From Antechinus flavipes (lineage: Eukaryota), in contig NC_067403.1 in assembly GCF_016432865.1 (NCBI RefSeq), positions 218,426,001-218,490,000 of the forward strand: a stretch of 64,000 nucleotides of DNA, in the 5' to 3' direction. The translations under genes and the position numbers were made by a program. Of the stretch, positions 60,421 through 64,000 are shown piece by piece (position 1 is the first letter of the stretch; each line of letters starts with the position of its first letter). The notes beneath the pieces are model-generated. The model ran no database searches, had not been told where the DNA came from, and saw only the letters and a list, made by a program, of their open reading frames with translations.

Positions 60421-63400
60421 TTATGGTGCTCACTGCCTCCTGGGCATTTCTTTTTCTTTCAGTAGAGCTTCCAGTTTTATGCTTGGCAAAGCAAACTTTA
60501 GCACAGGGGCCCCAGGCATGGAGAAAACATATCTCATCCCAGATAAAAATAGAAGATTTCTTCATTTACCTTGATGTGGAGAAATAAAGGGCAATACTTT
60601 GGGCATAAATGGGAAACCAGTCCAGCTCTATAGCTCATGGTACAGCTTATAAATAGTCAAGAAGGCTCCAAAATGATGATGTAGTCCAAACCTAATAAAC
60701 CGTGTTAGAGCATAAGTATTTTTACAAGTGGAGAAGACCTGGGTATTCACAGCTATACCTCATATTCCAGAACTGTTGGAATCACCCAAAGGTCTCGTAG
60801 ACACAGCATGTGTTCATTGATGAAAAAAACTAGTGACTGAAAAAATGTCATTAGATTTTGGAATGTCACCCTGAGCCAGGAGGTAGTGTGTCTTTAATTC
60901 CTGAAGGACGGTGGTTATTAGAAAGTTCATTAATGTCCATAAAATTAGAATGCGGTTCATGAAGCCAGGAATGCTTCAAAAAGACAGAATATTATCCTGG
61001 GACTAAAATGAAATTCTTCATTCAAACATTCTTATTTTTTTTGGGGGGGGGGATTAGGAAGCAACATTGTGGAAAAGGTACAGAATTTGGATTAGAAACT
61101 TGCCTTCTTTGTTTGTTATGCTACCCAAGGATCTTTTATTTCTGTCTCTACCTTGGAATACTATTGAACTGTAGATATGTTTCACTTAAAATCAGAAACA
61201 CCTGAGTTTGAATTCTGCTTTTGGCACCTGATACAAGGAAAATCACTTGACTTCACCGAGAATTAATTTTTTTTATCTCTAAGATGGGATCATGATTGTC
61301 ATGAGACTCAAATGAAATAATATATATGGAAGACTTTACAAGTTTTAAAGTAACATATAAATGAGAAGTTTGTTGTTATAGAATCTGCAGTTATTGTTAC
61401 TGGCAATTTGTGTAACCCTTGAAAATGTGACTTATTTTAGCTTCCTAACTCTTTATTAGCTGGCTACTAAGTACACAAGGCAACAATCTGGAAGTTGGGC
61501 ATAGCTGAGCAGATGAAGATCCAGCCTTGAATTCAGAAAATCTGAATTCAAGTCCTGTTTTTGACTCATATTAGTAATGTGACTGTCAAGAAATAATTAA
61601 AGCTCCCAACTTCCCAGGCAATTGCTTAGAACTATACTAAACTATTCTTAAGTTGATGTACTGTGTTGGTGGATATCCACACCAGGCATTCCCCATGTTG
61701 AAGAATCATGTGTATATATTTAAAAAATTAGAATAAAAACAAACGAACAAGATGGATATAAAAATAAGACTGACACAGACTGTACTTTGTATCATCTAAT
61801 ATCTCCAGCTATAAAATTCAAAAATGATATATTCAAAATAGCTTCTGTTTTAACAAGGTCAGGTTGGTCACAGCATTGACTATTTGGAGAATGACAGTTA
61901 TTAAAAAGTCTGTCAGAGACTTTTCATAGATCCTTAAAAAAGTTAGTAAAATCAAGTTTTAAAATAACAAAGGCTCTGATATTTTTCAGAAAGAAAGTAC
62001 TACATTTAAAACAATCCATTCCAATCTTGTGTAGAGAGTACATATTAATCAACTTCTATGTGACAGAAACAGTATTGTATCATGGTTATGGAGCCAATTT
62101 TGGGGTCAGAAAGACCTGGACTTAAGCTCTACTTTTGTTTGACCAAAAGCAAATAATCTCCTCTAGAGGAGTCTCTAAGATTGTACATCACAAATGTACC
62201 TTAGTATACAGAATTACCCCTGCCAATGAAGTCTCTCATTCCATCAAAAAGAAATATGCATGAAGGTGGAGTGTGTGATAGAAAGATTGACTTCTGCTGT
62301 AAAAGAAAGAGAAAATGTCCCACTGAGACTTCATTTTTTCCATGATGCTCATTAAATAGACTGCTATCTTGTTGCTAAGATTCAGATCTAAGTCCTCTGA
62401 CTCCAGGATACTTTGGCTGTTCTCTGAAAAGGTTCCAGATTTGATGGGCAAAGGGGATCTCTGGGGAGCCTCCCAATTCCTTTAGGTATATCTTCCTCCT
62501 TGTCCATCCAGCCCACACCACCACGGCTTCATAAATCCAGCACAGAGGGAGTGCACTCTGATGTTCCACGACTCTTCCCTAGCATCCTTCTTTCTCAATA
62601 ACATGGTTATTTGCATTTTAAACTAATGGCTCCCTGTCTCGAGGTGCGACCCAGCTACTTAATAAGGCATCCAGCAACCCTGCTTCTCAATCTCTGCTTC
62701 TGTCCAGCAGTAACCAACCACAGTTGGAGGATCCTAGGAAAAAGAGCCGGAGAGGATCTGATTAGGCTGAACTAGTCCAATACCCTCATTTGACTGACTG
62801 ACCTCTGAGACCAAAAGTGACCCAGCCAAATAGACAGAGGAACCAGCATTCAAAGCCAGGTCGTTTGTTTTCAAACATAGTACTTATTCCAGGTCACCAC
62901 GTTACCTCCCAGAATATTTCACTTTAAATTGATATTTGTTCATTTTGAACCAAGAACAAAGGCTCACGACAGACATATTTCATTCTTTATTACTGAAGTA
63001 GGGTTCTACTATTAAAGGCCCAAAGCTTCTTTTATCACTCACACATGTTGAAATCAACTTCAGAATTTGAAGAAGTTTATTTTTTGATAGTACTTCAATT
63101 GGAACCTGAATTATTCATAAGGCTGCTGTCAGTGGTGTAGTGCAATGGAAAAAATAATGAATCTGAAGCTAGATCTGGGTTCATATACTGTTTTGGATGC
63201 TCATTCCCCTCTGAGTGACTATGGGGAAGTCACTTAAACCACTTGGACCTCAGTTTCCTCTCTTGTAAAATGAGTTTAAATATATGTTTGTGAGGCTGAT
63301 GGAACTTGAACAGTATTGCACCATTTACAACAGTTTTGAAATGATTTCTTGTGCCATTTGAAGATAGGGGAGTATACATTCGTGTGTCTGTTCTCCTTCA

Positions 63401-64000
63401 CTGGAAGGTAGGCTTGGATAAAATAATGTAATTCAAATATTAGAGAATATCCAAAAATTTTTTTTCTTTAACTTTCAAGGCCCTTTATTATTAACCTCTG
63501 ATCCACCGAATTCTGGGATTTAGACAAGGAAGTTATTTCCATTTGCCAGATGAGGGAATAGAAGTACAAGGAGTTTAACAAATTTAGGATCCAAGGATTA
63601 AGAATTTTGAACCAAAAGAGATCAAAGAGATTATCTAGTTCAACTTCCTAATTTTTCAGCTCACAAGCTCATAAAGTAAGAGTTAGAAGGGACATCAGTG
63701 ATGATTTAGTCCCTCTCTCCTCTCTTCTCATTTTACAGATGAAGAAACAGACTGAGAGATTAAATGAGTTGTCCAGTATCTCACTGTTCTATTTAGCTTC
63801 TGGGATACTGACTTAGACCCTCTGACTTCAACATATTTTGCTGCCTCTCTAAAAAGGTTCTCAATTTAATAGGCAAGTAATATGTGATGAGCCTCTGGGT
63901 TCCTAATATCTTTCTTCTTGCCCATTCAATCTTCATCATTCCAGCTTCATAAAAACCAGCTCAGGAGGACTTCACAGTAATGTTCTTCTCCAGTACTGTC

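Noticed and set aside
1-64000. tRNA, rRNA, snRNA genes, NUMTs, CRISPR arrays and non-retroviral EVEs
   Set aside because: None recognised. The tRNA-like A/B boxes seen all belong to SINE heads.

Overview
This is AT-rich, CpG-depleted vertebrate genomic DNA with three short N-gaps. Its repeats are typical of a marsupial: CORE/WSINE1-like and MIR SINEs, RTE-related WALLSI-like SINEs, marsupial L1/HAL1, L2, L3/CR1 and hAT MITEs. A dasyurid source is an inference. I found no recognisable multi-exon host protein-coding gene, so the window looks intronic or intergenic. The only long ORF (49127-50749, minus, 540 aa) is an open betaretrovirus-like Gag (MA, CA with MHR, two CCHC knuckles). It lies in an internally deleted ERV with this order: gag, integrase C-terminal remnant, gamma-type env TM remnant, PPT, and a 501-bp 3' LTR. 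There is no pro/RT, no 5' LTR or PBS, and no Met-Gly start. Other notable items are a TSD-bounded ORF1-only (HAL1-type) L1 insertion, a class I-like solo LTR, a candidate 18-nt microexon with a QKI motif, an old ~340-bp local duplication and a few enhancer-like unique segments. All repeat family names come from visual recognition, not database search, and most repeat boundaries are approximate. The other short ORFs in the track appear spurious.
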